Below are positions 29,886-40,870 of a stretch of 64,000 nt of DNA, piece after piece. The position numbers and the translations under genes are program-made. The notes below the pieces were generated by a model. It did no database searches, was not told the origin of the DNA, and saw only the letters and a program-made list of their open reading frames with translations. The stretch is from Sedimentisphaerales bacterium (GTDB lineage: Bacteria; Planctomycetota; Phycisphaerae; Sedimentisphaerales; SM23-30), in assembly GCA_963666285.1 (NCBI GenBank), contig OY762711.1; one strand, given 5' to 3'. Each line of letters begins with the position of its first letter. Position 1 is the first letter of the stretch.

Positions 29886-31757
29886 TTACTTCCTTTCTTC
29901 TATTAGTTTACCGGCAACCAGGTTGACTTTGTATTCTTTCCTGCCGGGTTGGTAATCGATTTCTGCTGACACATCTTCATATTTGTTTCTATCGTATTCG
30001 GCATCTATTCCGTAAAACCAGCTTTCAGACAACTGAACTTCTACTGCAGCATTGGCATTTGCCGGTGCTTCAATTTCAAACCGGCCCTCTGCGTCTGTAT
30101 GAGAAATATTTCGATATCTTTTACCGTCAACAACCAGGTTTACAAATCTGCCACCTAGCTTTTTACCGGTTTGTGTTTCCAAAACTCCACTAATCTTAAT
30201 TTCTTTCTTGTACAGCTTAACCTGTATATCTTTTGAACTAAAGGGAACATCTTCTTTCATAGAAATTAGATCTTTTAGGTATCCATTTTTATTTGAAAAT
30301 ACTCTTATCTCCATTTTATTTCTGAACTGAGGAATGTATAAAATGTCAAACCTGCCATTAAGATCAGTTTTGACATTGCAATACCGTTTATATGTTTCAT
30401 AATCAATCTGTTTATTCAGATGCCAGCCTTGATAATAATATTTAGTATTTCCATTTTTAATACCATTTCCTTCTCCATCCAGCGGTTTAACAAACACATC
30501 AACCTCTACATCCGGTACCGGTTTTCCGTCAGTATCCACTATTGTCCCTGTTATTCTGCCAGCCTGCTCCATTACCATTACAATATCTCTTGCATCAATG
30601 AGGGAAAAAGCACCTTTGACATTGCCAACCTTACCCGGCGACTTAATATCTTCACTGGTTGAAAGTACAACCCAGCCGACTTCATTATTGCCTTCTTTAT
30701 AAGCCCTCAGCAAAACAGGTAAAGCTGCTTGTTTACCCATATCGGCTACTGTAATTGGCGGCAAGGTATAAAAGAACCTACCATATTGATCGGTGATGTA
30801 TTTCTTCGGCCCTCGTAAAGCTGCCGGACCGCTACCCTCCAGAACCTCAACTATTGCTCCCTCTACAGGATTGCCGTCAGAATCGATTACCTTTCCAGAT
30901 ACACTGCCGCCTTCCTCTCTTTCCATTTCTTTGTAATCCTCTAAATAGTCAGGATAGAATATTTCTTCTGGTATCAGATCATAGTTTGCATCAATATTTA
31001 CACTGACATCCAGTCCGTTACCATTTATTATTTTCACATTAATATTCAATGGCCGCATAGTTTTCGGGTCAACAACAGCCTGCCCGCTGCCAGTTGATGT
31101 TTTACGCGTATTCTCTGTATACTCAAAGGAATAACTTAAATCAAAGATCATCTTTTCTTTGGTACTATCTTCTTTGTTATGAACTGCGGTCAGGCCTTCA
31201 ACTTCTTTGATATCACCATTATTATTAAACAAGCCAAAAAACCTGATGAAACTTTTATCTGCAACAGGTTCAAAAGTATTTTTTGAAGGCGAATAGCGAT
31301 ACGTCTTTTTTTCGTGATTTATCAGAAGAAAATCGATACCGTTATCTATTTCAGTCGAATCATCCTCATCATGACGATAATGATCGGGCAGACGGAACCA
31401 CATCTTTTCAGTTTCCGGGTCTTCGCCATCCATAACCCGGGTTACCACAATAGACACACTCTCAGATGCATAAAGATTTTTTACAATATTCGCCCAGGCA
31501 GTTGTCGCACCATCAGGCGAAACGCCGCTTTTGTTCAAACCGACAAACAAAGCCAATAAAATAATTGCCGCTATTGCCGGCGGTAATAATCTAACAGGTT
31601 TTTCCATGATCATATTCCATATTCTATTGCCGGACTTCTGTCTCGATTGGCTTTTATGCAAAGCGATAGCCTCGGTTAAAACCTCGTCGCGCAGTTCCGG
31701 GCGTGGTTCAATATTAAGTTCAGATATAAGTATTTTCATCTCTTTTGGCGATCTCAT
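29886..31757 (-). CDS. Putative anti-sigma factor with LolA-like and carboxypeptidase-regulatory-like domains
   Basis: ATG 31757 overlaps the sigma stop (ATGA); TM after WNMIMEKP; repeated G.V.D.DG.PV.G..V...TD..GRF modules. Confidence 0.7.
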   Translation of the reverse strand: MRSPKEMKILISELNIEPRPELRDEVLTEAIALHKSQSRQKSGNRIWNMIMEKPVRLLPPAIAAIILLALFVGLNKSGVSPDGATTAWANIVKNLYASESVSIVVTRVMDGEDPETEKMWFRLPDHYRHDEDDSTEIDNGIDFLLINHEKKTYRYSPSKNTFEPVADKSFIRFFGLFNNNGDIKEVEGLTAVHNKEDSTKEKMIFDLSYSFEYTENTRKTSTGSGQAVVDPKTMRPLNINVKIINGNGLDVSVNIDANYDLIPEEIFYPDYLEDYKEMEREEGGSVSGKVIDSDGNPVEGAIVEVLEGSGPAALRGPKKYITDQYGRFFYTLPPITVADMGKQAALPVLLRAYKEGNNEVGWVVLSTSEDIKSPGKVGNVKGAFSLIDARDIVMVMEQAGRITGTIVDTDGKPVPDVEVDVFVKPLDGEGNGIKNGNTKYYYQGWHLNKQIDYETYKRYCNVKTDLNGRFDILYIPQFRNKMEIRVFSNKNGYLKDLISMKEDVPFSSKDIQVKLYKKEIKISGVLETQTGKKLGGRFVNLVVDGKRYRNISHTDAEGRFEIEAPANANAAVEVQLSESWFYGIDAEYDRNKYEDVSAEIDYQPGRKEYKVNLVAGKLIEERK

Positions 31758-32296
31758 AGTATCACCTCGCAATCTACTAACGATCTGAGTTTATCTATGC
31801 CGTAACGATAACGGCTCCGAACTGTATTGACCGAAGTGTTACGGAATTGGGCGATCTGGGTAAATTTCATCCCGCCGTGAATATGCAGGATAATAATTTC
31901 CCGCTGCTCGTACGGCAACTGTGCTAATGCCGCATTGATAATAGCATTTTTCTCGTTTTGGATCGCTGACGCCGCCGGATTAACAGAATCGGCTTCAAAC
32001 AGATCACCATCTTCCAGACCGGTCGGCCCAAGCTTACGCCTTTTCAGGGCGTTTTTGGCCAGATTTGCCACACAAGTTGCCAGGTACGACCTAAAATTGC
32101 CGTTAATCCTAATCTTGTCAGGCGATTTCACAAACGAGACAAAGAAATCATGCAAAACATCCTCTGCGGCATGAGTGTCATTAAGCAAACCGGTGGCCAC
32201 GGTCAGCAGATAACGCTCATACTTATCGTAAATCCTTTCGAGAGCCGCACTTGAACCTCGCTTGAACTTCCATAAGAGCAGTTTGTCTTCTATCAC
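31754..32296 (-). CDS. ECF RNA polymerase sigma factor
   Basis: AAEDVLHD region 2; LP..QRE......GMKF.QIA....SVNTVRSR region 4. Confidence 0.92.
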   Translation of the reverse strand: MIEDKLLLWKFKRGSSAALERIYDKYERYLLTVATGLLNDTHAAEDVLHDFFVSFVKSPDKIRINGNFRSYLATCVANLAKNALKRRKLGPTGLEDGDLFEADSVNPAASAIQNEKNAIINAALAQLPYEQREIIILHIHGGMKFTQIAQFRNTSVNTVRSRYRYGIDKLRSLVDCEVIL

Positions 32297-32447
32297 TATT
32301 ACCTCGTCAATACATAATGAATATGATCACATTCAATATATACACAATTTAGCAGCACAAATCAGTCTAATTATTTTGAAAACTAATAAAAAAAGCTCAC
32401 AATCCGAAAATCGCAAGCTTTATTAGTATGCTTAGTTGTTCCAACGG

Positions 32448-35400
32448 CTACTGAACACTTTCTTTTTCCGGAGCATCCTTATTCTTTTCGTATAGCTCCT
32501 CTACATATTGACCATCAAATACTTCATCGCCAAACTGAGGTGTTTCGTCAATGAAAAAGACACTTCGTTCATGAAAGTCAAGTTCCTTATCACCGGACAT
32601 TTTGCTGCCATGTTTGACTTTTAGCGGATACCATAAGCCATTTACCTGCTGGTATTTTTCTATCTGAGAAACCTGCGTGCTGCCACCACCCCATTCGATA
32701 ACCTCTTTGTGACAGAGATAATCTTTTTCTGGATTAAGATAAAACCAGAAGATGTCATCGTTTTCCTGGCCTATAATTTTTTGAGTATACTTAACGCAAA
32801 CAAAACCATGCTCTTTTGAATACACATCTTTAACAATCTCTGCTCTATAATCAATATCGGGCCATGAATGGTTTTCCAGAATACCATAGTAAGGGATATC
32901 ATAATAAACTTCTGGAACCTTCCAATAGTGATTCTGACCATTATGCCTGGCAAAATACCATTTTGATTTGCCATCGAATATTTCAATACTTTCTAAAGAG
33001 TCAAGCTTTCTTAACATCGAAACATATAAGTTGAAATTATCAATATTATTTGCATTGCGGCTTTTATAATGCTCATGCCGGTATCTTCCACCATCAATAT
33101 AATAAACACTGGAACAACCGGAGAAATTGATTACACAAGCAACCTTAGCTAAACCTTTAGATTTATATTCTTTATATACAGGTAAAAACTCAACAAATTT
33201 CTCATCCAGCCTATCAACTACTTTGGCATCTTTCGGCACACCAACATCATAAATGCTTTCCGGGCCGGGATCAGGATAATCATAAGCTACCTCGACTCTT
33301 TCCACACCGATATATTTTGCTGTTTTTGGGTCTGGACCAGCATAACTATGAGACCAGCATATATAACCGCGAAGCAAATCCTGCTCGGCATCCAGATACA
33401 TTATCTGGCAACATCCGCCATCGCCAATATTAAGTTTTTCATCACTGGAGACATATTTCAATATCCTCACATCCTGACCACGATATGTACCTCTACTAAC
33501 TTCAGGTTTTGTCTTATGATATTCGATCTGGTTGCGAAATTTTTCAAGCTCTTCGTAAGGACGATTGAAAGCCTGGTCCATCTGCTCTTTATCATCAAAA
33601 TCAACGTCAATGCCACTCGGTACCAGCAATGTCTGCTCTATTTCATTGCGTTTTTTATAATACCACAATACTTCTTTTGTCTTATAATCTCGATATGTCA
33701 CATCGCCGTTATAGTCATGAATAGTTACTTTCTCTTCCGGACATATCCACCATTGACTGATATTTGAGCCGTTATCCATATATTGATACAGCCACGGATA
33801 TTGTTTCATCGCTGCTATCATATCATCAAAGATAAATCCAAAAAGCCTGAACTCCTTATCAGCCTGACTAATGACCTCTTCCGCCAGCAGCTCCTTTATC
33901 TTTTTGTAGACATTCTTGCGAGTAGCCGGGCCGCGGTAGTTTCCGCTACGATCAACCAGGTACCAGCAGTTCATATCGCCGCCGCGTTGGTCTAACAGGC
34001 TTTCGTAGCTGTCCTTGCTCTCATATGCTACCGGGAAAGGAATATTTTTATTCTCCAGTATTGATTTCCACTCGGCAGCCTCGGTTTCAGACATACCGTA
34101 TTTCCTACTGTTGCTATGGGTAGCTATTACTTCCAGGCCATCATCATGATATTGATTATACATACTTATAGTCTGCCCCAGCCATTGATTAAAACCTGTG
34201 GTGTTGCCATCTGCATTCATGCCAAGTTCCAGCAGAACAACTTTGCCGCGATAATCTTCCAGCTTAACCGGGCCGTTAATCCACCACTGGCTGAAGTTAA
34301 ACTCCGGCAGCGGTTTGCCGACAAAATTAAATCCCAGCGGCTGAAGCTTTATCATCACTTCATCTTTACCAACGATATCTACATCCAGGCAGCCATGCCC
34401 GCAATATCTGTCAGAAATGTATACTTCAGTATCAAACTCGTCAGACTTTTTACATGGAATATATTGACCCCAGCTGGAATAATACTTTTTACCGATTGAG
34501 CCGACTGTCAGACAGTTCTGCCAGCCATACCCATAAGCATTCAACACTCGCAGCCCAATAGCAAAACCGGTTGGCATTTTTTCAGACTCAAACTTACCTT
34601 TGCTGTTGGTGCTATGAATTCTGCTATAGCCCAAATAACTGACTTCGACATTCACTCCCCATAAAGGATTGCCATTTTCATCAACAACCCTGCCTTTTAT
34701 AGTACGATCAAATTTTGTATCCGGCCCAAACCCTTCCTTGTATTCAACTTTGATAGTACCGGTATCAAAATCACCACCTGAATTGTGACTTTTTATCTTA
34801 ACATGTTTATATTTAACAACAGGGCCACTAACTGATAGACTGAAATTTCGTCCTTGCGGCAAATGCGGAATAATAAAGCTACCATCAGGTTTAACAACCA
34901 GCTCAGTCAATCGCCAATTACTCATAAGACCGTCGGCATCGTCCATGTATGCATATAATGTAATTTCTGCTTTTTCACTAATTGCACCATCAACATAATC
35001 CAGTTTGCCTACAAAATTATAGGTTGGCTTCAAGACTATATCGAAATGCTTGCCGTTATCAGCTTTCCGTAAACTGACATCTGCTCCCATACTATAATCA
35101 TTGTTATAGAGAACAATATGCTTGACTTCATCATCACTAGAAAATGGATTATAAGATACACTATCTGTAAACTCTCCGGCAGCATCTGTCTTATTCGGAG
35201 CAGCCCCTCTTTCTCTTTTTATGCTATAGTACAATCCCTCTACCGGATTGCCGACCTTGTCAATCAATCTGCCCGTTATCTTGAAACCTTTTGCATTGGC
35301 AGTATCAACAGATGGATACTCTTTTGCATGTTTTTCCAACTGCTTGATATCTTTATTAACTTTTGAAAGCTCTATCTCTCTAACTGCTATTTCCGGCATA

Positions 35401-36824
35401 GTGTCAGGATATTCGATCTTAGCTTTCATCGATTGAATACCTTCGGCTCTACCATCAGAGATAGAAAGATCAAGATTGATTAACCTCGCTGAACTCTTAT
35501 CAATCGTAAGCGTTATGCCGCCAGTCAAATTCTGACTTTCTATTGGCGAATGATATGAAGCTATCTTATCATTTTCATCCTTTATATCCCAGCCCCGAAT
35601 ATCAGTTTCAAGTCCTGGAACCATATTACCAAACATCTTCATTATCCAGGCAAGCATATCACCATCACACCGCATTACACTCATTAACTCATCCGGTATA
35701 TTAGTCTCCTGAAATTTAACCCCTGCTCTAAACATTTTTTGCTCTTTTGTAGAAAGATTGAAGAGCATTATTGTTCCGTCAGATGCTTCAACTGTAATTA
35801 TCTGATTATTAACATCCAGCCAGTATTCAACTTGTACATTTTCTAATTCACTACCATAACCACCCTGCATATCAGCAACCATCTTGATAATCTTTGTGCC
35901 GTTAAGCTTGTTTATTACCTCTGCCAGCAGCGTACCGGTTTGGTTCTGGGTTTGCTTATTATCATCCTTCTGACCTTCGCTTTCCTTGTCCAGTTCATTA
36001 AGCTGCTCTTCAACAATTTCCATTTCTGCCTGTTTTTCGCAAAATTCCGGAAATACTGCCGGATATTCAAATTCCATATATATTTTTTGTTCGCTTTTCC
36101 CGGCATATTTCAATACAGCTTCAAACGAATTTAATCTCTCACTTTCTTTATCTGCAAATAATTTTAATTCCCCGTTAATACTTCCGGTATCTAGTTGGTG
36201 AATAAAGATCACTTGTTTGTCATCGTCAGATCTCTTATCCCAGTTTTCTATGCTTACATCAAGATTCGGAATTTCCTTACCCAGTATCCGCAGCATCCAG
36301 CCCAGCATATCACCATCAAATTGATATATCTTCAGATATTCATCTGTCATTGGCAATGACTGAATTTTTTCATTATTTTTATAGAGTGAGACAACCTTAT
36401 TATTAATATCTATCAAAGCCGCGGTATCGTCACTCTGCTGGGCAATGATCACCTGCCTGGACACATCCAGCCAGAATTGGGCATTTATCACTTCGCCGTT
36501 TTCCTTATTCTGACTGGCATTGATCTTGATTATTCTTGCGTTATTGAATTTCTGTAATACATCGGCCAGCACAATACCGCTGTCACTGCTTGGCATTATC
36601 ATCAGCACTATAATCAGAATTGCAGCGGCGGTGGCCGGCGGCAGCCATTTTAGAATTGGTTTATTCATTATCAGTCTCCTGAATCGGTTGGTACCTGCAG
36701 CTTTGGGTTGCGGGCATTGCCGCACTCGTGCCATAACAGAATCTGTAAAGTCATTACGCACATTAACGCCCTTACCGAGAGCTTCAAGTTTTTGTTCCAA
36801 GTTATTATTCTTGTTTTCAGACAT
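32448..36824 (-). CDS. Giant putative anti-sigma protein (duplicated N-terminal domains, carboxypeptidase-regulatory-like repeats, degenerate TlpA-like domain)
   Basis: TAATG coupling with the upstream sigma; DFTDSVMAR.. then TM; two WLDV/DGDML.W repeats; LEDYRGKVVLLE without CxxC. Confidence 0.7.
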   Translation of the reverse strand: MSENKNNNLEQKLEALGKGVNVRNDFTDSVMARVRQCPQPKAAGTNRFRRLIMNKPILKWLPPATAAAILIIVLMIMPSSDSGIVLADVLQKFNNARIIKINASQNKENGEVINAQFWLDVSRQVIIAQQSDDTAALIDINNKVVSLYKNNEKIQSLPMTDEYLKIYQFDGDMLGWMLRILGKEIPNLDVSIENWDKRSDDDKQVIFIHQLDTGSINGELKLFADKESERLNSFEAVLKYAGKSEQKIYMEFEYPAVFPEFCEKQAEMEIVEEQLNELDKESEGQKDDNKQTQNQTGTLLAEVINKLNGTKIIKMVADMQGGYGSELENVQVEYWLDVNNQIITVEASDGTIMLFNLSTKEQKMFRAGVKFQETNIPDELMSVMRCDGDMLAWIMKMFGNMVPGLETDIRGWDIKDENDKIASYHSPIESQNLTGGITLTIDKSSARLINLDLSISDGRAEGIQSMKAKIEYPDTMPEIAVREIELSKVNKDIKQLEKHAKEYPSVDTANAKGFKITGRLIDKVGNPVEGLYYSIKRERGAAPNKTDAAGEFTDSVSYNPFSSDDEVKHIVLYNNDYSMGADVSLRKADNGKHFDIVLKPTYNFVGKLDYVDGAISEKAEITLYAYMDDADGLMSNWRLTELVVKPDGSFIIPHLPQGRNFSLSVSGPVVKYKHVKIKSHNSGGDFDTGTIKVEYKEGFGPDTKFDRTIKGRVVDENGNPLWGVNVEVSYLGYSRIHSTNSKGKFESEKMPTGFAIGLRVLNAYGYGWQNCLTVGSIGKKYYSSWGQYIPCKKSDEFDTEVYISDRYCGHGCLDVDIVGKDEVMIKLQPLGFNFVGKPLPEFNFSQWWINGPVKLEDYRGKVVLLELGMNADGNTTGFNQWLGQTISMYNQYHDDGLEVIATHSNSRKYGMSETEAAEWKSILENKNIPFPVAYESKDSYESLLDQRGGDMNCWYLVDRSGNYRGPATRKNVYKKIKELLAEEVISQADKEFRLFGFIFDDMIAAMKQYPWLYQYMDNGSNISQWWICPEEKVTIHDYNGDVTYRDYKTKEVLWYYKKRNEIEQTLLVPSGIDVDFDDKEQMDQAFNRPYEELEKFRNQIEYHKTKPEVSRGTYRGQDVRILKYVSSDEKLNIGDGGCCQIMYLDAEQDLLRGYICWSHSYAGPDPKTAKYIGVERVEVAYDYPDPGPESIYDVGVPKDAKVVDRLDEKFVEFLPVYKEYKSKGLAKVACVINFSGCSSVYYIDGGRYRHEHYKSRNANNIDNFNLYVSMLRKLDSLESIEIFDGKSKWYFARHNGQNHYWKVPEVYYDIPYYGILENHSWPDIDYRAEIVKDVYSKEHGFVCVKYTQKIIGQENDDIFWFYLNPEKDYLCHKEVIEWGGGSTQVSQIEKYQQVNGLWYPLKVKHGSKMSGDKELDFHERSVFFIDETPQFGDEVFDGQYVEELYEKNKDAPEKESVQ

Positions 36825-37348
36825 TACTTTAGCCCCCTTTCCATCTGCTGGCGCAGCCGGGCATGGGCCCGAGAGAGCTGCTTGGTTACTGTTCCGATCG
36901 ATCGACTGGTTATCGCGGCCAGTTCACGTACCGTGTGGCCGCCGAAATATTTCAAAGTTACTACCTGCTTTTCATGGTCAGGCAGTTTAAGTACATTCTC
37001 CAATAGTTCACTGTGGTCTGGTTTTGATTCTACTGATGCTTCAATACCAAAGAAATCATCTACCGATATACTTTCGGCCCGTTTGACATGCCGTCTAAGC
37101 TCGTCAAGTGCACCATTTCGGCATATCTGCATCAGCCAGGAGCCAAACATCTTGCCATTTTTCAAACTGCCCAGTTTCTCATAGGCCTTGACAAAGGCAT
37201 CCTGGGCAATATCCTCTGCCAGATGCTCGTCGCGAAGTATCCGCGCAGCTACCCCTACCGCCGGCTTCTGCCAGCGATCGACCAGTTCCGCATATGATTC
37301 AACCGAACCATTTAGAACTTCAGCTACAATTTCTGCATCTGACCGCAT
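36824..37348 (-). CDS. ECF RNA polymerase sigma factor
   Basis: AEDIAQDAFVKAY, FGSWL, GTVTKQLSRA. Confidence 0.92.
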   Translation of the reverse strand: MRSDAEIVAEVLNGSVESYAELVDRWQKPAVGVAARILRDEHLAEDIAQDAFVKAYEKLGSLKNGKMFGSWLMQICRNGALDELRRHVKRAESISVDDFFGIEASVESKPDHSELLENVLKLPDHEKQVVTLKYFGGHTVRELAAITSRSIGTVTKQLSRAHARLRQQMERGLK

Positions 37349-37741
37349 TTATCCTCAATAAACCAGTATGTTTTAACAGTTACAATATAATTGACACAAA
37401 ATATTCCCAAAATGCGACAATAAAATAAAAAAAACTCAGCGTTCACAGGTACGATATTTGTTTCAAAACCTATGCTTGCAGAGCTTTAAAAAAAGTGCGA
37501 TAGTGACACTTTAAATTATTACTTATATCTTGTTACTTATTACTGCAACCGTGTAAACATTTACAAAAAAAAAGAGCCCGCAGTCCTTTTACAAAAACCG
37601 CAAGCTCATTATTATCTTAAAAATGACGCAATACGACAAATTATTAATAATTTAAAATTGGTTGCCACACTGCGGCATTCCTTGCCTGATACCAATACAC
37701 AATATCTCTCAAACAGACCTTCGGGGCAGTTTGGATAATTT

Positions 37742-39679
37742 CTATTTACCAAAACACCTTTCTAGTTGTTCGCTGTCAGGCTTTTTGGTTATCATACTGA
37801 CAACAATCAACACTATAATAGCAATCGGAAATGCCACCAGCACGGGGTCAACTACCGGCCAGTTTGGACTGTCTGCCAAAAGACTATTGGCACCGTTAGG
37901 AACTTCATCGCTCCTGGTAAGTATCTTAACCAATTTAATAGGTCCGGCCTCAGCCTCTTTAATAAACACCAGCCAAAATGCACTAGTTAAGAAACCAACC
38001 ACCATGGAAGCAATTGCACCAGGCTTTGTCACCCATTTACAGAACAGGCCAAAAATGTATGCCGGGCCGAATGTTGCCAGGCACAAGCCAAAGAAGATAG
38101 CTGTAGCACGAGCAATAAAATATCCGCCACGTGCGTACTGGCTCAATATCATAGCTGCAATAATACCAACAACAATACCTATTCTTGATAAAATAATGCT
38201 CTTTTCATGCTGGCCGCTTATCTGCTCGTACACATCACGTCCCAGGCTTGATCCTACTGCATGGAACTGACTCGACAATGTACTCATCGCCGCCGAAAGC
38301 AGCGTCAGTAAAAACAGCAGACCAAACCAGTCAGGCATCGCTTTCTGGATAAATAACGGGATTATACTGTCAGGATAGAATGCCCAAACACCGGGTGCCA
38401 TTTGAGTAACTGCCCGGGTAAATGCCGTTGCATTAGGTTTGATTTCCGACATGCCGTCACCAAGGTCTTTGACCTCTGCCTTAGGCATTATAGCTTCGGC
38501 TTTTCCTACACCTTTTAGAACAACGTATTCATCAGGCTTGCCATCTCCAATGGTATCAATATGCAGCAGTTCACAAGGCACGGTTTTATTGCCATCAACA
38601 GTTTTTTTCGCAATAATATCTACCGTTGTTGTGTCAATTATTTTACCTGTGATAATTTCATTTTCATAAAAATATACATTGCTAAGGCTGCCAACTGTGA
38701 ATGCTGTACCGGTACAGAACATAATAAATATACCGCCAATCAAAACAGCCCGGTTTAGCTCTCTTTTACTTTGTACCGTCATAAATCTAACGGCCAGCTG
38801 CGGCTGGGCCAACACCCCCAAACCAACGCCCAAAGTAATGGTAGAAACTACAATCCACCATAAATCATAAGCATGAGCGTTTTTAGTTCCATCTGCCGCT
38901 TCCTTAACTCCCCAGCCAAACTCCGGCATACTAGTCCAGCCTTTATGACCGATTGTCTTAAAGCCGGCAAATACCTGATCTTTCATACCAGATAATCTTT
39001 CATGACTGTCAGTAACACCTCCAAGCACAACGTAAGTACTGATTAGCAAAATTGCAATACTTACCAACATAATAGTACCTTGAAGAGCATCGGTATACAT
39101 AACACCCTTGAGACCGCCAACTACCACATACACAGCAATAAGAATGCTAAAAGTCATTAAGGCATATTCATACGGGACACCAAAATGCTGTTGTATAAAT
39201 GCACACGCACCTATCATTACGGCCGCGGCATAAAGCGGGATAAATATCGCGATTACCAGCCCGGCAAAAACCTGGATAAACTTGCTTTCATAACGCCTTC
39301 CCAGCAGTTCCGGAAATGTATGAGCATCGAGACGATGGCCGATCTTGCGAGTTGGACCGCCCAGGAAGACAAACGCGATAAAAATACCTACAAAGATATT
39401 ACAGAACACCAGCCATAATACCGACATCCCGAACATGCCGGCGACACCGCCAAAACCAACTATAGCACTGGTGCTGATAAAAGTTGCACCATAACTCATC
39501 GCCATAACATATGGATGTGTTTTGCGGCCGGCGACAAGATAGTCAGCTGCATTCCTAGTACGGCGAAAACCCAGCCAGCCGAGAAACATGATAATCAATA
39601 AATAGGTTACAACGACAAATATCTCTAAACCGCCTGTTTGTGCTAATAACATATCAGATACTCCATAAACATATGACAT
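37742..39679 (-). CDS. Sodium:solute symporter family protein
   Basis: YLVAGR, ATFISTSAIVGFGG, GGLKGVMYTD, QPQLAVRF and SAAMST motifs; many TMs. Confidence 0.92.
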   Translation of the reverse strand: MSYVYGVSDMLLAQTGGLEIFVVVTYLLIIMFLGWLGFRRTRNAADYLVAGRKTHPYVMAMSYGATFISTSAIVGFGGVAGMFGMSVLWLVFCNIFVGIFIAFVFLGGPTRKIGHRLDAHTFPELLGRRYESKFIQVFAGLVIAIFIPLYAAAVMIGACAFIQQHFGVPYEYALMTFSILIAVYVVVGGLKGVMYTDALQGTIMLVSIAILLISTYVVLGGVTDSHERLSGMKDQVFAGFKTIGHKGWTSMPEFGWGVKEAADGTKNAHAYDLWWIVVSTITLGVGLGVLAQPQLAVRFMTVQSKRELNRAVLIGGIFIMFCTGTAFTVGSLSNVYFYENEIITGKIIDTTTVDIIAKKTVDGNKTVPCELLHIDTIGDGKPDEYVVLKGVGKAEAIMPKAEVKDLGDGMSEIKPNATAFTRAVTQMAPGVWAFYPDSIIPLFIQKAMPDWFGLLFLLTLLSAAMSTLSSQFHAVGSSLGRDVYEQISGQHEKSIILSRIGIVVGIIAAMILSQYARGGYFIARATAIFFGLCLATFGPAYIFGLFCKWVTKPGAIASMVVGFLTSAFWLVFIKEAEAGPIKLVKILTRSDEVPNGANSLLADSPNWPVVDPVLVAFPIAIIVLIVVSMITKKPDSEQLERCFGK

Positions 39680-39917
39680 CGACTTAACAAACTCAAAATA
39701 ACTTCATCATTCTGCCTGTCATCGCAAACAAATATATTGAGGAACCAACAATCTTCAATTAATATGAATAGCTACAAACAAAGATCAAAACGAATAAAGA
39801 TATTTAGCATATTTTACAGCAAAAAAAGCGTATTTCCAATAAATTAATATAGATAGGTTAAATAACCTGAAACTTGCATATAAAAATTTTCACTATAAAA
39901 TATAACCTGATTTAGCC

Positions 39918-40715
39918 ATGTTTGATATGCATTGCCATTTACATGAACCTGTTTTTGACGCTGACCGTGAGCTGGTAATAGCCCGGGCCGTTGAAAATGG
40001 AATTACCGGGTTTGTTACTAATGCCGGTAGTATCAACGATCTGTCAGCAGTTCAGGAATTAGCCGCATCTGATGATCGGATAATACCCTGTTTTGGTATT
40101 CATCCATGGTTTACAACGAACCTGCCAAAAAACTGGTTGGAAATTGTACAAAACTTCCTTTCAAAAACACCTTCAGGAGTTGGAGAAATCGGTCTGGATC
40201 TGTGGAGAAAAAATATTGGCCCCTTAGAAGAACAAACCACCGTCTTTCGTGAACAGCTGGCAATAGCTCGCGAGCTGAACCGACCGGCAATGATCCATTG
40301 CCTGAAAGCATACGATCAGATTCTGGAAATCTTCCGTTCAGACGGCGGCCCTCAAGCCGGCTTCCTTCTGCATGCTTACAGCGGACCATGGACTATGATT
40401 GAACCGCTGGTAAAAATGGGCGCATATTTCAGTTTTTCCCATGCAACTCTGGCACCTGACCGACGAAAAGCTCATAAAACAATAAGTTCGATCCCTGATG
40501 AGAGATTTCTGATTGAATCAGACAGTCCGGATCTGGTCGGCCCTGAACCGTTCCGACCGTTCAGTGTACGCATGGAATCTGGCAGATTCCGCCAGGAACC
40601 GGCAAACATAGCTGCCGCACTAACCGGGTTTGCCGATTTCAGAGGCATCACACCAGAACAACTCAGAAAGCAAATTGAAACTAACACGCAAATTTTCCTG
40701 CAAACAGTATTATAA
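39918..40715 (+). CDS. tatD: TatD family hydrolase
   Basis: DMHCH, GIHPW, GEIGLD, IHC, HAYSG and IESDSP motifs. Confidence 0.92.
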   Translation: MFDMHCHLHEPVFDADRELVIARAVENGITGFVTNAGSINDLSAVQELAASDDRIIPCFGIHPWFTTNLPKNWLEIVQNFLSKTPSGVGEIGLDLWRKNIGPLEEQTTVFREQLAIARELNRPAMIHCLKAYDQILEIFRSDGGPQAGFLLHAYSGPWTMIEPLVKMGAYFSFSHATLAPDRRKAHKTISSIPDERFLIESDSPDLVGPEPFRPFSVRMESGRFRQEPANIAAALTGFADFRGITPEQLRKQIETNTQIFLQTVL

Positions 40716-40870
40716 TACTATATTTTTTAGAGACTACCTATTAATATGTTATCTGTTAACTGTCAGGCAGAAAACACATATGGTCGCAGTTTATCAGCTT
40801 ACCTCTTGTCAGCTGTTACTATTCTATATATAATAACAAGTTATAAACACTAAAGTTATAAACTTGTAAC

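Noticed and set aside
37662..38270. 202-aa plus-strand ORF and similar long antisense ORFs (2469, 7806, 10530, 22341)
   Set aside because: They overlap well-supported genes on the opposite strand and lack motifs.
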